DNA of 64,000 nt from a virus. Within the stretch, counting starts at the first letter, position 1; the number at the start of each line of letters is the position of its first letter. The stretch spans positions 34,061 to 98,060 of IMG/VR virus record IMGVR_UViG_3300027754_000003; one strand, written 5' to 3'. Shown piece by piece: positions 19,067 to 27,334 of this stretch. The position numbers were made by a program, and so were the translations under genes. The notes below the pieces were generated by a model. The model did not search any database. It saw only the letters and a list, made by a program, of their open reading frames with translations, and was not told where the DNA came from.

Positions 19067-20148
19067 GCAGGCCAGTATACAACCGTTTCTACGGTTGTTG
19101 CTTGCGTACCAGAGGCTACAGGGGCAACAATAATTCCATGTCTTGTAGTTCTAGTCGGGCTGGCTGGAGTGGTTTGTATTTGGGCTACTGTTCCGCCAGC
19201 GCTCGTTTGTGCTGTTGCGGTTATTTGTCCAGCATCATTGGTTGCTACGTTCATATAGGAAACACCAATACTATTATCAGTGGTTGCCCCAAACCCTGAA
19301 GTGGCTACTTGTGAAACCACACCATTTTCCATTTTAATCAGTTTGATTGATGTGGTGTAATACGTAGTGGCGTTGTAAGTGTTTCCACCACCAGTAGCAG
19401 TACCCACACATGTTTGTTCAACATACTCTCCGCCTGTTTCTGAGTGCCACGCTAACGATGTTGGTGGAATGAGGGGGCAAGCGGTATACCCTGAGTAACA
19501 TTTATTTCCTACAAGACCACCACCAGGTCCACAAGGTCCTGGGCATCGTGCTTCACAAGTTAAACCTGAAGGTGAACCATAGTAAACGGCGTTACCTTTG
19601 AACGTGGTGTAATAACAACAACCGTTAGTGCCAAGTAAATACCCAGTTTGTGCGCCGCAGTAATAACCGCCTGCGTCATATCCACCACATATGAATACCC
19701 CAATATATTGAGTTCTGTCTGGTCCACAAGTACCACCAACGATTGGTGTGGTGTAACTACAGTCGTAGTTGTAGTTATACGAATACGGTGTTACGTAGCA
19801 AGTCCCATCCCCGTTATTAACGTCACCAGCACTACACCCAAATGAAGATGTTTTTTCGGAAACTACTGCCCACCAGTTTTCTGAGTCTTTTACCCAAAAA
19901 GCAACACCCCATCCACCTGCTAATTCTCCGTAGTCAGCCCTAATACTTACATTCTTTGTGTTTGCGTTAAACGTAGTAAGTGGGTATGTATTAGCGGCTG
20001 AATACGTAGCGGCTTTATTAGATTGAATGCTCCAAGAGCCTCTGATATTTGACCACTTTGAAGGCAACGAGGAGCCGTTAGAACCTACAAACGCATCCGC
20101 AAATGTTGGGAGAATGCCAGATGTGGAGGCAACAATGCCAGTAATCAT
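19063..20148 (-). CDS. Putative fibre/receptor-binding protein with Cys/Gly/Tyr-rich insert
   Basis: N-terminal GIVAS motif; lectin-like beta domain interrupted by a Cys-rich segment. Confidence 0.6.
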   Translation of the reverse strand: MITGIVASTSGILPTFADAFVGSNGSSLPSKWSNIRGSWSIQSNKAATYSAANTYPLTTFNANTKNVSIRADYGELAGGWGVAFWVKDSENWWAVVSEKTSSFGCSAGDVNNGDGTCYVTPYSYNYNYDCSYTTPIVGGTCGPDRTQYIGVFICGGYDAGGYYCGAQTGYLLGTNGCCYYTTFKGNAVYYGSPSGLTCEARCPGPCGPGGGLVGNKCYSGYTACPLIPPTSLAWHSETGGEYVEQTCVGTATGGGNTYNATTYYTTSIKLIKMENGVVSQVATSGFGATTDNSIGVSYMNVATNDAGQITATAQTSAGGTVAQIQTTPASPTRTTRHGIIVAPVASGTQATTVETVVYWPA

Positions 20149-20151
20149 GGA

Positions 20152-20508
20152 TTAACTCGTGATGTTTCCGATAAGGACCCATGTGTTGGCTGCGGTCTTA
20201 ATCAAAGTAGCGGCTGCGTACTGACCGTTTAGTTTATATTTGTTGCTCTCCGCAAAAAGCGTGGCGTTGCCAGCAGAAACTGTCACTACGTTTGCCGCCG
20301 AGCCAGTCTGTAGAATATCTACACGGTCACCAATGCCAAAGTTTGCTTCACTATCGTTAGGTACAGAAATTGTCCACGCACCCGTAATTAATAGAATCTT
20401 TCCCAAGTCATTAAGAGTAAGAACTCTAGTCCCTGTGAAATCCTCAACTTGTGAGTTAAACCCAACCAAGTTCCTACTAGCGGTGTTTTCAGAAAGGCGA
20501 GAAATCAC
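20152..20508 (-). CDS. Fibre-associated adaptor protein
   Basis: T....DLGK....TISVP......F.IG and QYAAATLIKTAANTWVLIGN, typical of phage fibre C-terminal modules. Confidence 0.65.
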   Translation of the reverse strand: MISRLSENTASRNLVGFNSQVEDFTGTRVLTLNDLGKILLITGAWTISVPNDSEANFGIGDRVDILQTGSAANVVTVSAGNATLFAESNKYKLNGQYAAATLIKTAANTWVLIGNITS

Positions 20509-20834
20509 GAAATTTCTGCCCCGAACAACGAGAACGAAAGGTTGGCGCTTGACGCATAGACAGTCACTACGTCAGTAGTTGCCAATGTCAAACCAACACT
20601 CAAAGTGACGGTGTCTTTTGCCAAGATGTTGGCATCATAAATCATGTAGTGCTGGTTAGCAATAGTTGCACCAACAGGGCGTACAGCCACACGATAGGTG
20701 GCTGCCGTTGTTCCACGGTTACACACGGACAGCGTTGAAGCCACTACTGATTTCCCAGCACCTACGGTGAGAAGGTCGGTATTGGTAGTCGCTGATGGTG
20801 CTGATTGGGCAAGAACTTTATATGCTTGGGCCAC
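20505..20834 (-). CDS. Virion structural protein (paralog of 29529-29891)
   Basis: YKVLAQSAP.ATT.T.L.TV, VCN, LSFSLFGAEIS; AAGGAG SD. Confidence 0.65.
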   Translation of the reverse strand: MAQAYKVLAQSAPSATTNTDLLTVGAGKSVVASTLSVCNRGTTAATYRVAVRPVGATIANQHYMIYDANILAKDTVTLSVGLTLATTDVVTVYASSANLSFSLFGAEIS

Positions 20835-20880
20835 GGGTGCTCCTTAGAAGTCTGTAATGACCCCCATTTTACCATCAATC

Positions 20881-21165
20881 TTATAAAAAGTGCTTGAGGA
20901 TAGCCGTGGTTGCTAGAACCACCCAACAAAGATTGAACCAAATGATTGTTGGCATGGTCTTGATTGTTGATGTGACAATCAAAGCGATGCTTGACGCAAG
21001 AGCAAAAAGGTACATCCACCACCATTGTTTATCAAAGATAAGACCTGGAACAATGATTGAAATCTTGGTCATAAAAGCCCAAGCCTCAATAATGTTCACC
21101 TTTGTCCAATAATCTCGGTCACCCCAACGGCGTGTTACCTGCATAATTTCTGATGGTTTTAACAT
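20881..21165 (-). CDS. Three-TM membrane protein
   Basis: Hydrophobic helices; leaderless TAGGAT 6 nt upstream. Confidence 0.65.
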   Translation of the reverse strand: MLKPSEIMQVTRRWGDRDYWTKVNIIEAWAFMTKISIIVPGLIFDKQWWWMYLFALASSIALIVTSTIKTMPTIIWFNLCWVVLATTAILKHFL

Positions 21166-21174
21166 GGCTTTATC

Positions 21175-21579
21175 CTACTTGCTCATTGACAATCCTGCTC
21201 TAGGGGTCAGGGAAATAACCTCATGGTTTACTGTTGCTGGGACATAGATAAGGTCCCCAGGTTCTAGCGTGTAATCACCATAATCCGTAATCCATTTTGT
21301 TGAACCCTGGCATTGCCAAAAATAAACATCTTCCGTATCGTTATGTTTACCGAATCCGTGGTTTCCTTTTGCCGTAGACACGTAAACATGAGCCACAGTT
21401 AAGCCTAGGGTTTCCAAAACCGCTTCTGCGGACTTCATGGTGTGTCCATCTACGGTTGTCGTAAAGCACCCCCCAATGCGGCGAAACGAACCACCAGATT
21501 CTTTTGACGCTTCAATATTTTCGTTTATCTCATCCCATGTTGGGGTAGGAAAATAAAACCCTTTTGTAAAGATCACCAT
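21175..21579 (-). CDS. Cupin/JmjC-like oxygenase
   Basis: FGKHNDTEDV (HxD), QCQGSTKW, LEPGDLIYVPA...HEV. Confidence 0.85.
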   Translation of the reverse strand: MVIFTKGFYFPTPTWDEINENIEASKESGGSFRRIGGCFTTTVDGHTMKSAEAVLETLGLTVAHVYVSTAKGNHGFGKHNDTEDVYFWQCQGSTKWITDYGDYTLEPGDLIYVPATVNHEVISLTPRAGLSMSK

Positions 21580-21585
21580 TTTCCC

Positions 21586-21601
21586 ATACTAGCGCTAGTA
21601 T
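21586..21601. promoter_or_regulatory. Perfect 16-bp palindrome giving back-to-back -10 boxes for two divergent leaderless genes
   Basis: atactagcgctagtat; TAGTAT lies 6 nt before the ATG on both strands (21579 and 21608). Confidence 0.7.
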
Positions 21602-21607
21602 CTGGTC

Positions 21608-22099
21608 ATGGACAAAAAAGAACCATTTCATGTAGTTGTGCGAGATAGAAGTTGCGGAACATGCACAAAATGTTGTGAGGGTTACCTAGCAGGGGAAATC
21701 CAGGGGATACCTTTCTACGAAGGAAAACCCTGTCATTTTGTGGACATTGGTTCTGGATGTTCTATTTATGAAGACAGACCAGAAGAACCTTGTAAGGCAT
21801 TCAAGTGCTTATGGTTATCTGACCCAAACTACCCAGAATGGTTGAAACCAAATATTAGTAATGTCATGTTTGTTGACAGGTACATTGGTCCACATCCTTA
21901 TGTTTTTGCTAAAGAGGCTGGCGGGAAAATGGATGCCAGGACATTATCTTGGGCAATAAACTACATGTCATTCAATAAGTTTAATTTTGCTTGGCAATAT
22001 GACGGTGGGTGGAACGCAATAGGTACTGACGAGTTTGTTAAAGCCTATTTTGAAAATGAGCGATATTATGCCCCAAACGGAAAAGTTGAGAATCGCTAG
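21608..22099 (+). CDS. YkgJ-like Cys-cluster (Zn/Fe-chelating) protein
   Basis: CGTCTKCC, PCHF, GCSIYEDRP..C..F.CLWL. Confidence 0.75.
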   Translation: MDKKEPFHVVVRDRSCGTCTKCCEGYLAGEIQGIPFYEGKPCHFVDIGSGCSIYEDRPEEPCKAFKCLWLSDPNYPEWLKPNISNVMFVDRYIGPHPYVFAKEAGGKMDARTLSWAINYMSFNKFNFAWQYDGGWNAIGTDEFVKAYFENERYYAPNGKVENR

Positions 22100-22653
22100 A
22101 TTGTTAGTTCAAGGAAATCAAAATTAAAAGCAATTACTGTCTTTCTTTTCTTTGAGTTATTCACTGGGGAGCGATGTATCAGGGATGCTGGAAATAGCAC
22201 AACGTCACCTTCGGATACGTTGAATCTTCTCACGATTGACGTATCAAACGGTTCAACAAACTCCGTCACACATTCCTGGTCTGGGAGTTCTAAATAATAA
22301 ATACCAGAAAAGTTTGAACCAGCGTGATTGTGCCAATGGTGGTAGTCGCCACTCTCATATTGTTGGAACCAAACACCACGCATTTCAAGTGTTTTATGCA
22401 GTATTGAATCTGGGAGACTAGCCATGAAACCATTAATGTATTCACAAAACAGAGATGACCACGGTCTTTCCTCTTCCAGCAATGAGAAATCATATCTAGA
22501 GATTCGTTCTAAGTTATTAGATGGGTCTTTCTTTGATTCAAAGTCAGCAGACTCTATGAGGCTTAACATAACTGGTTTTAGAGAGTCATGGTTTGGCATT
22601 TTTCTAACCATGTATGAACCGTGATATTGGTGTTTTGTTACAAAATCAGACAT
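22096..22653 (-). CDS. Putative 2OG-Fe(II) oxygenase (TIGR02466-like)
   Basis: WFQQY...HHWHNH, FSGIYYL, EGDVVLFPASLIH, K..IAFN. Confidence 0.8.
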   Translation of the reverse strand: MSDFVTKHQYHGSYMVRKMPNHDSLKPVMLSLIESADFESKKDPSNNLERISRYDFSLLEEERPWSSLFCEYINGFMASLPDSILHKTLEMRGVWFQQYESGDYHHWHNHAGSNFSGIYYLELPDQECVTEFVEPFDTSIVRRFNVSEGDVVLFPASLIHRSPVNNSKKRKTVIAFNFDFLELTI

Positions 22654-22663
22654 TGTTCCTCTT

Positions 22664-23308
22664 TTACACGTATTTTTGGTAGGTATTCATTGACTTGTGT
22701 AAGTACTTTTTTATCATTTTATTTTCACGTTTTTTGTAAGCGGTATGGTATTCCTCTGTACGAAGTGGGCTTACCCCTGTATTATTAAAAAACCAATGAT
22801 CTGGTTCAGCATAGTGTGCAATAAATACTTCTACATAATCGTTATAGTTTTCTTTAGGAAACTCTGGCCTCCAGTGTAACTGCTTTACACCATTATACAA
22901 AAGAGCATCCCTGTCCCCCCATGTATATTCTTTTCCGTTTACGTACATAGGCCATGAGACAGTTGATTTGAGTTGTATATCAATTGTGTATGTGCAGGCA
23001 TTGTCGTCTAGATGTGGTGGCAAATTTGGAACGCCGTACTGTGGAGAGTACCGAAACCATTTAAAATAAGATGGTAATGCTGTACTAGAAAAGTTATCAA
23101 CAACAATTTTATTTAATGTTTCGTATATTTCAAAAGGTAAAGATTCTCCATCAACAAATGTTGCTCTTGGGTCTGCACTTTTTCTTCCAACTGCGTTATT
23201 AAAATGGTTCTTTTTTTGTGGATGTGTGTTGATGTACTCAAGTATCACGCTCTGTTGCTGTTCAGAGATGACGTTTTTTAAAACTTTTGGTTTTTTTACC
23301 CTTTTCAT
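22664..23308 (-). CDS. 2OG-Fe(II) oxygenase-like protein
   Basis: LPPHLD (HxD), WPMYV, LLYNG....HWR. Confidence 0.75.
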   Translation of the reverse strand: MKRVKKPKVLKNVISEQQQSVILEYINTHPQKKNHFNNAVGRKSADPRATFVDGESLPFEIYETLNKIVVDNFSSTALPSYFKWFRYSPQYGVPNLPPHLDDNACTYTIDIQLKSTVSWPMYVNGKEYTWGDRDALLYNGVKQLHWRPEFPKENYNDYVEVFIAHYAEPDHWFFNNTGVSPLRTEEYHTAYKKRENKMIKKYLHKSMNTYQKYV

Positions 23309-23985
23309 ATAACTAATGAAGGTTTGCACTCAAACTGGATTGGTTTATGCGGTGGTTCGTGGCAATCAATGAATGTACTAATCATCCATTTATCTCCAGA
23401 AATTGGAACTCTACCGACATGTGGGTGTGTCCAATACGCTGGAAATATTGATATGTCCCCTACAGATGCTGGAATAACAATATTGTGTGATGGGAATCCA
23501 GTCCCACCACCTACATCAACTGTGTTTAGGTACATGACAACACCAAGAACACGCAAATTAATAGGGTTTGAGGACCAAGGGTCACCATCAGTATGTGACC
23601 TGTAAAACCCATCTCTTGGGGAGTACCTTTGGAGTCTATAACCAGTGTCTTTTAAATCAACATGAAACAACTCAACGTATTCCTGAACGTACAATGCTAA
23701 AGCAGAATAAAGACCAACAGTTACTGCATCTTCACATTTAGTAAATACTGAACTGTTAATACCAAAAGAATCAACAACTGACTTTGAAAAAGAAAAGTCC
23801 ATAGTGTTTTTTATTTTTGGGTTAAGCCCACCAAGTGTTGGCCCTGGTGAAAAAAGAGTTTCAAAGTTTTCAAGGCACTTAGTGACTAACTCAGAACATA
23901 CGTTTTCTGGTATTGCATTTTTAACTACAGCAATAGCAGAAGATTTTCCAGCAGGGAATTCTATCCTCATTTGATTATCCGTCAT
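23305..23985 (-). CDS. Prolyl 4-hydroxylase-like 2OG-Fe(II) oxygenase
   Basis: LQRY...FY..HTD, YLN....GGT.F, FPAYWTHPH, K. Confidence 0.88.
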   Translation of the reverse strand: MTDNQMRIEFPAGKSSAIAVVKNAIPENVCSELVTKCLENFETLFSPGPTLGGLNPKIKNTMDFSFSKSVVDSFGINSSVFTKCEDAVTVGLYSALALYVQEYVELFHVDLKDTGYRLQRYSPRDGFYRSHTDGDPWSSNPINLRVLGVVMYLNTVDVGGGTGFPSHNIVIPASVGDISIFPAYWTHPHVGRVPISGDKWMISTFIDCHEPPHKPIQFECKPSLVI

Positions 23986-24398
23986 GGTATGAATACTAGC
24001 GCCGAATCAACGAGATTTCCACCCTTCAAAATTTGGATTAAAAACTCTCCAGATTCTTCTGGAGTAAACGAACCTATTAGAGAATGTTTGTCCCGTAAAA
24101 ATGAGTAATAAACACATTCTTTATCCCCGTTAGTCACGACTAACTTGCAGTTTTCTACGGTTTCAAAATCGTTCAAATAATCAAACAATATTGGAAATGC
24201 GTGGTTAACTTCATCGGGTATATGCATCATAAACCCGTTGTTAACGGGAACTACTACTACACATGGTTTTGACCTATCAAACTCAATAGATTTTGTTTTT
24301 TCCGAATCACCTATTTGGATTGGAAGGCTCCACTCCTTGGCAAGTTCCTCTGCTTCTTCTAGTTGTTCTTCAGATTGGCAATAAACAATCCTATCCAT
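23982..24398 (-). CDS. Hypothetical protein
   Basis: 138 aa ORF overlapping both neighbours. Confidence 0.6.
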   Translation of the reverse strand: MDRIVYCQSEEQLEEAEELAKEWSLPIQIGDSEKTKSIEFDRSKPCVVVVPVNNGFMMHIPDEVNHAFPILFDYLNDFETVENCKLVVTNGDKECVYYSFLRDKHSLIGSFTPEESGEFLIQILKGGNLVDSALVFIP

Positions 24399-25260
24399 TT
24401 TTGTTTTCCTTACGCAGTTTTGTATCTATCTTATTTTGTTCTGCTTTGTACTTTCCATGAAAATCTTCGTTTCTCCACGCACCATCAAATCCAAGATTAT
24501 CAAGGAGCGCATACATGGATGAATCTCCTCGTTTTAATGTTGATTTCTTTGTAGTGTCCTCACGTTTGAATGGGATTACGTGGTACAGAGGGGTTCCTTC
24601 TTTAATTACAAACTCGTTATCAACTTTTATATTCAAAACTATGTTTGCATGATGGTAATAGTCAGTATTGACAACTCCAGCCATAACTTGGTAATTTTGG
24701 TTTGGTTCCCATTGAGGACCTATAAGCAATGATGAGTAGCCTGGTGCTGTCTTAATAAGCCAAGGATTTAGCAATTTTACATAATTAGATGTTTTTAATT
24801 TTCTATCGTTTGCCATTGGACACTCACCAGTTTGGGCAAAATTAAACTGATTTTGAGCAACACCCTCGTCTGAAAAGTACTGTTTTTTTTCTTCTTCTGT
24901 AAGTACGCCCGTTTCCAATACAGTACTACTGGAGTGGTTGTATTTAGTATCCCATGTAGCATTTAACTTGCTTATAGGTGGTCGTATGGATATTTCTGCC
25001 CACATAGGTATTGTATACCCAGAACGCAAAAAATCTGATAGACCAGAACACGTACGAAGACTTGCATCTCCCTTTTGTAGTTTTTCATACCACTCTGCAA
25101 ATTTTGTATTGCTTGCATAAGCGGAAATTGATGGATGATAAAAATGATTTGTTGGTGGTACCATCAAAACTTCATTTGGTTTAATTTCTGGTATTTGCTC
25201 CCAGGTATCTGCTTTTACTAGCCCATCTTCATTATTTTTGATTTTTGAAAATAGACGCAT
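24391..25260 (-). CDS. Conserved phage hypothetical protein (dUTPase-like beta fold, DUF6065-like)
   Basis: C.G..D....GY.IP.W, NPWLIKTAPGYS, GVVNTD, GTPL..VIPFKR. Confidence 0.55.
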   Translation of the reverse strand: MRLFSKIKNNEDGLVKADTWEQIPEIKPNEVLMVPPTNHFYHPSISAYASNTKFAEWYEKLQKGDASLRTCSGLSDFLRSGYTIPMWAEISIRPPISKLNATWDTKYNHSSSTVLETGVLTEEEKKQYFSDEGVAQNQFNFAQTGECPMANDRKLKTSNYVKLLNPWLIKTAPGYSSLLIGPQWEPNQNYQVMAGVVNTDYYHHANIVLNIKVDNEFVIKEGTPLYHVIPFKREDTTKKSTLKRGDSSMYALLDNLGFDGAWRNEDFHGKYKAEQNKIDTKLRKENKNG

Positions 25261-26710
25261 GTGGAACTCTCTTTCGTTGTAGTGTCATTGACCTTAGTGA
25301 CGTATAGTGTTGAATTATTGGTTCTCTTGATTGATAAGCATCTAGACCCATAGATGCTACTTCTTTTGGTATTAACCCCTGCCCTTGTGCAACGTGCCAC
25401 AAATGAGGAGTAGCAAATAACTCATAACCAAACCTAGGAATATCAGTGTCTAATGGTACTCGTTCTTTCCACAATTCAAGAAGAAAACTCAGTGTATCTG
25501 GAATTTTTGCGTTTTTCTGAGCAACCCACATAGCCGAATCTTCTCTATCTGATATGTAGTGCAATGAAATCATAGTCAGGATGTTATCCATTAAAGAATC
25601 AAAGGTTTTTCTGTAATGTTCAACCTGGGCTACTGACGAAGGTCCAAATGTTGGCAAAATTGCACAAATCATTCTTGCCTGTTGAATTGAGGTTGAAATT
25701 GATGTTGCCTCAAGTGGTTCTACAAAGGAGGAAGCAAGACCAACGGAAGCACAGTTGAACTCAAAGGAGTGTTTAAAATACCCAGATTTGTATCTGATTA
25801 TTCTTGCTGGGGTTATTTCCCTACCATATGCTTCAGAGAGTTCTTTAACGGCCTGATCGTCTGAGCAAAAATCAGATGCAAAGATATAACCATTTCCTCT
25901 GCGTTCTTGAGTTGGTATCTCAAACACCCAGCCATTTGCTAACGCTCGTGCTCTTGTGTATGGTCGGATTTCCCCAGACTCGTCTGGTGGTGTTGGAAAT
26001 ACTGCAGCAGAGTCAGTGGGCAAATAGTCTCTGTACGAAATAAAAGTATCTTCTTTAACTAGTTGTGACATCAACATACGTTTAAACCCAGTTGCATCAA
26101 TATAGAAATCTGCGGCAATGTTTAAACCAGTGTCTGTTGAAATTGATGTAATAAACCCGTTTTCTGGGTTTCTTTCAATTTTTTCAACAATTCCTTCATG
26201 CAACTCAACCCCTCTATCCTGAGCAAGTCGTTTGAGGTAATTGTTTAGTTTGAAAGTGTCAAAATGAAATTGATTTGTTGTGTTGTGTTGTTGATGTGGG
26301 TCTTCCGTTTGGATAACCTCGTTATCCCATAGATGATCTGAGTTTACGGCTGCTGTGAGAGGCCACCCGTTTTCAAGTGCAAATGCATAGTTTGAGTAAT
26401 AGTCGTTTGGCCCAAAGCCACCCTCTGAAACGCTATGAAAATAGTCTGGTGTATGATTTGTCCAGTTTTCAAACCTGATTCCGTATTTGTGCGTTGCAGC
26501 GCATTCACGAACCATTTCATTAACATCTATACCGTGTGGGGTAGTAAAGAACTGTTTCCAGTGCTCTGTTGAGCCTTCCCCAACGCCAATTATTCCTATC
26601 TTTGCTGAAGATACAACTGTTAATTTGTAGTGTGGAAAAAAACCACGGGCCATTATCGCAGTAAGTAATCCAGCAGTACCAGAACCAACTATACAAACAT
26701 GTTTTTGCAT
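25232..26710 (-). CDS. Flavin-dependent halogenase (tryptophan halogenase family)
   Basis: VGSGTAG FAD motif, IGVGEGS, catalytic Lys in THKYGIRFENW, WVFEIP (WxWxIP variant), FVEPLEATSI. Confidence 0.92.
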   Translation of the reverse strand: MQKHVCIVGSGTAGLLTAIMARGFFPHYKLTVVSSAKIGIIGVGEGSTEHWKQFFTTPHGIDVNEMVRECAATHKYGIRFENWTNHTPDYFHSVSEGGFGPNDYYSNYAFALENGWPLTAAVNSDHLWDNEVIQTEDPHQQHNTTNQFHFDTFKLNNYLKRLAQDRGVELHEGIVEKIERNPENGFITSISTDTGLNIAADFYIDATGFKRMLMSQLVKEDTFISYRDYLPTDSAAVFPTPPDESGEIRPYTRARALANGWVFEIPTQERRGNGYIFASDFCSDDQAVKELSEAYGREITPARIIRYKSGYFKHSFEFNCASVGLASSFVEPLEATSISTSIQQARMICAILPTFGPSSVAQVEHYRKTFDSLMDNILTMISLHYISDREDSAMWVAQKNAKIPDTLSFLLELWKERVPLDTDIPRFGYELFATPHLWHVAQGQGLIPKEVASMGLDAYQSREPIIQHYTSLRSMTLQRKRVPHASIFKNQK

Positions 26711-26713
26711 GTA

Positions 26714-27319
26714 CTACCTAAACCAAGAAACAATTGAATACTTTACTTCCTCGCTGTTTTCTCCAACAGGGTTAGCGTAATGGAAATACGGAAAGTTACT
26801 TGGGAACAAAACTACAGAACCAGCCTTTGGTTTTACTGTCACATTAAGCAACGGGAATGTAAGTTCTCCACCATCACTAACGTCATTTACAAATCCAACA
26901 AGACTAAATACTCTCCCGTTATCTTGGTGGTGGTCAACATGGCCCCGATATTCAGCGCCAGAACCATACTTAAGAATTCTGTAACCTTCGTTTGTTGATA
27001 CTTCAATATTGAATGAATTTCTGTAATGCCAAATAACTTTTTCTAATTGTTCAGTAATATCTTGTGCGGATTTAGCCAAAGGTATTACTCTTTCAACTTG
27101 GATATTGTCAACTGGAGACATTAATGGAGAAAGTTCACAACCTTGTGAAGAACGGTACGAACTTGTTGTTGCGGTGCTTTCTCCGCCAGTTTGCGACCTA
27201 AACCATTGGACATATCCCCAATCTTGTTTACATTCTCCTTCTAAAAGTTCTATAAAGTTTGATGGTTTAAAAGCATTCTCATACACGTATATACATGTAC
27301 CAAGTTCAATTGGTTTCAT
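26714..27319 (-). CDS. Prolyl 4-hydroxylase-like 2OG-Fe(II) oxygenase
   Basis: LKY...Y..HVD, GGEL.FP, LFPSNFPYFH, KYSIVSW. Confidence 0.9.
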   Translation of the reverse strand: MKPIELGTCIYVYENAFKPSNFIELLEGECKQDWGYVQWFRSQTGGESTATTSSYRSSQGCELSPLMSPVDNIQVERVIPLAKSAQDITEQLEKVIWHYRNSFNIEVSTNEGYRILKYGSGAEYRGHVDHHQDNGRVFSLVGFVNDVSDGGELTFPLLNVTVKPKAGSVVLFPSNFPYFHYANPVGENSEEVKYSIVSWFR

Positions 27320-27334
27320 TTTGTTAGTCTTTCG

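Noticed and set aside
21175-27319. Secondary-metabolite biosynthetic cluster
   Set aside because: No scaffold-forming enzyme, transporter or flavin reductase; flanked by virion fibre genes
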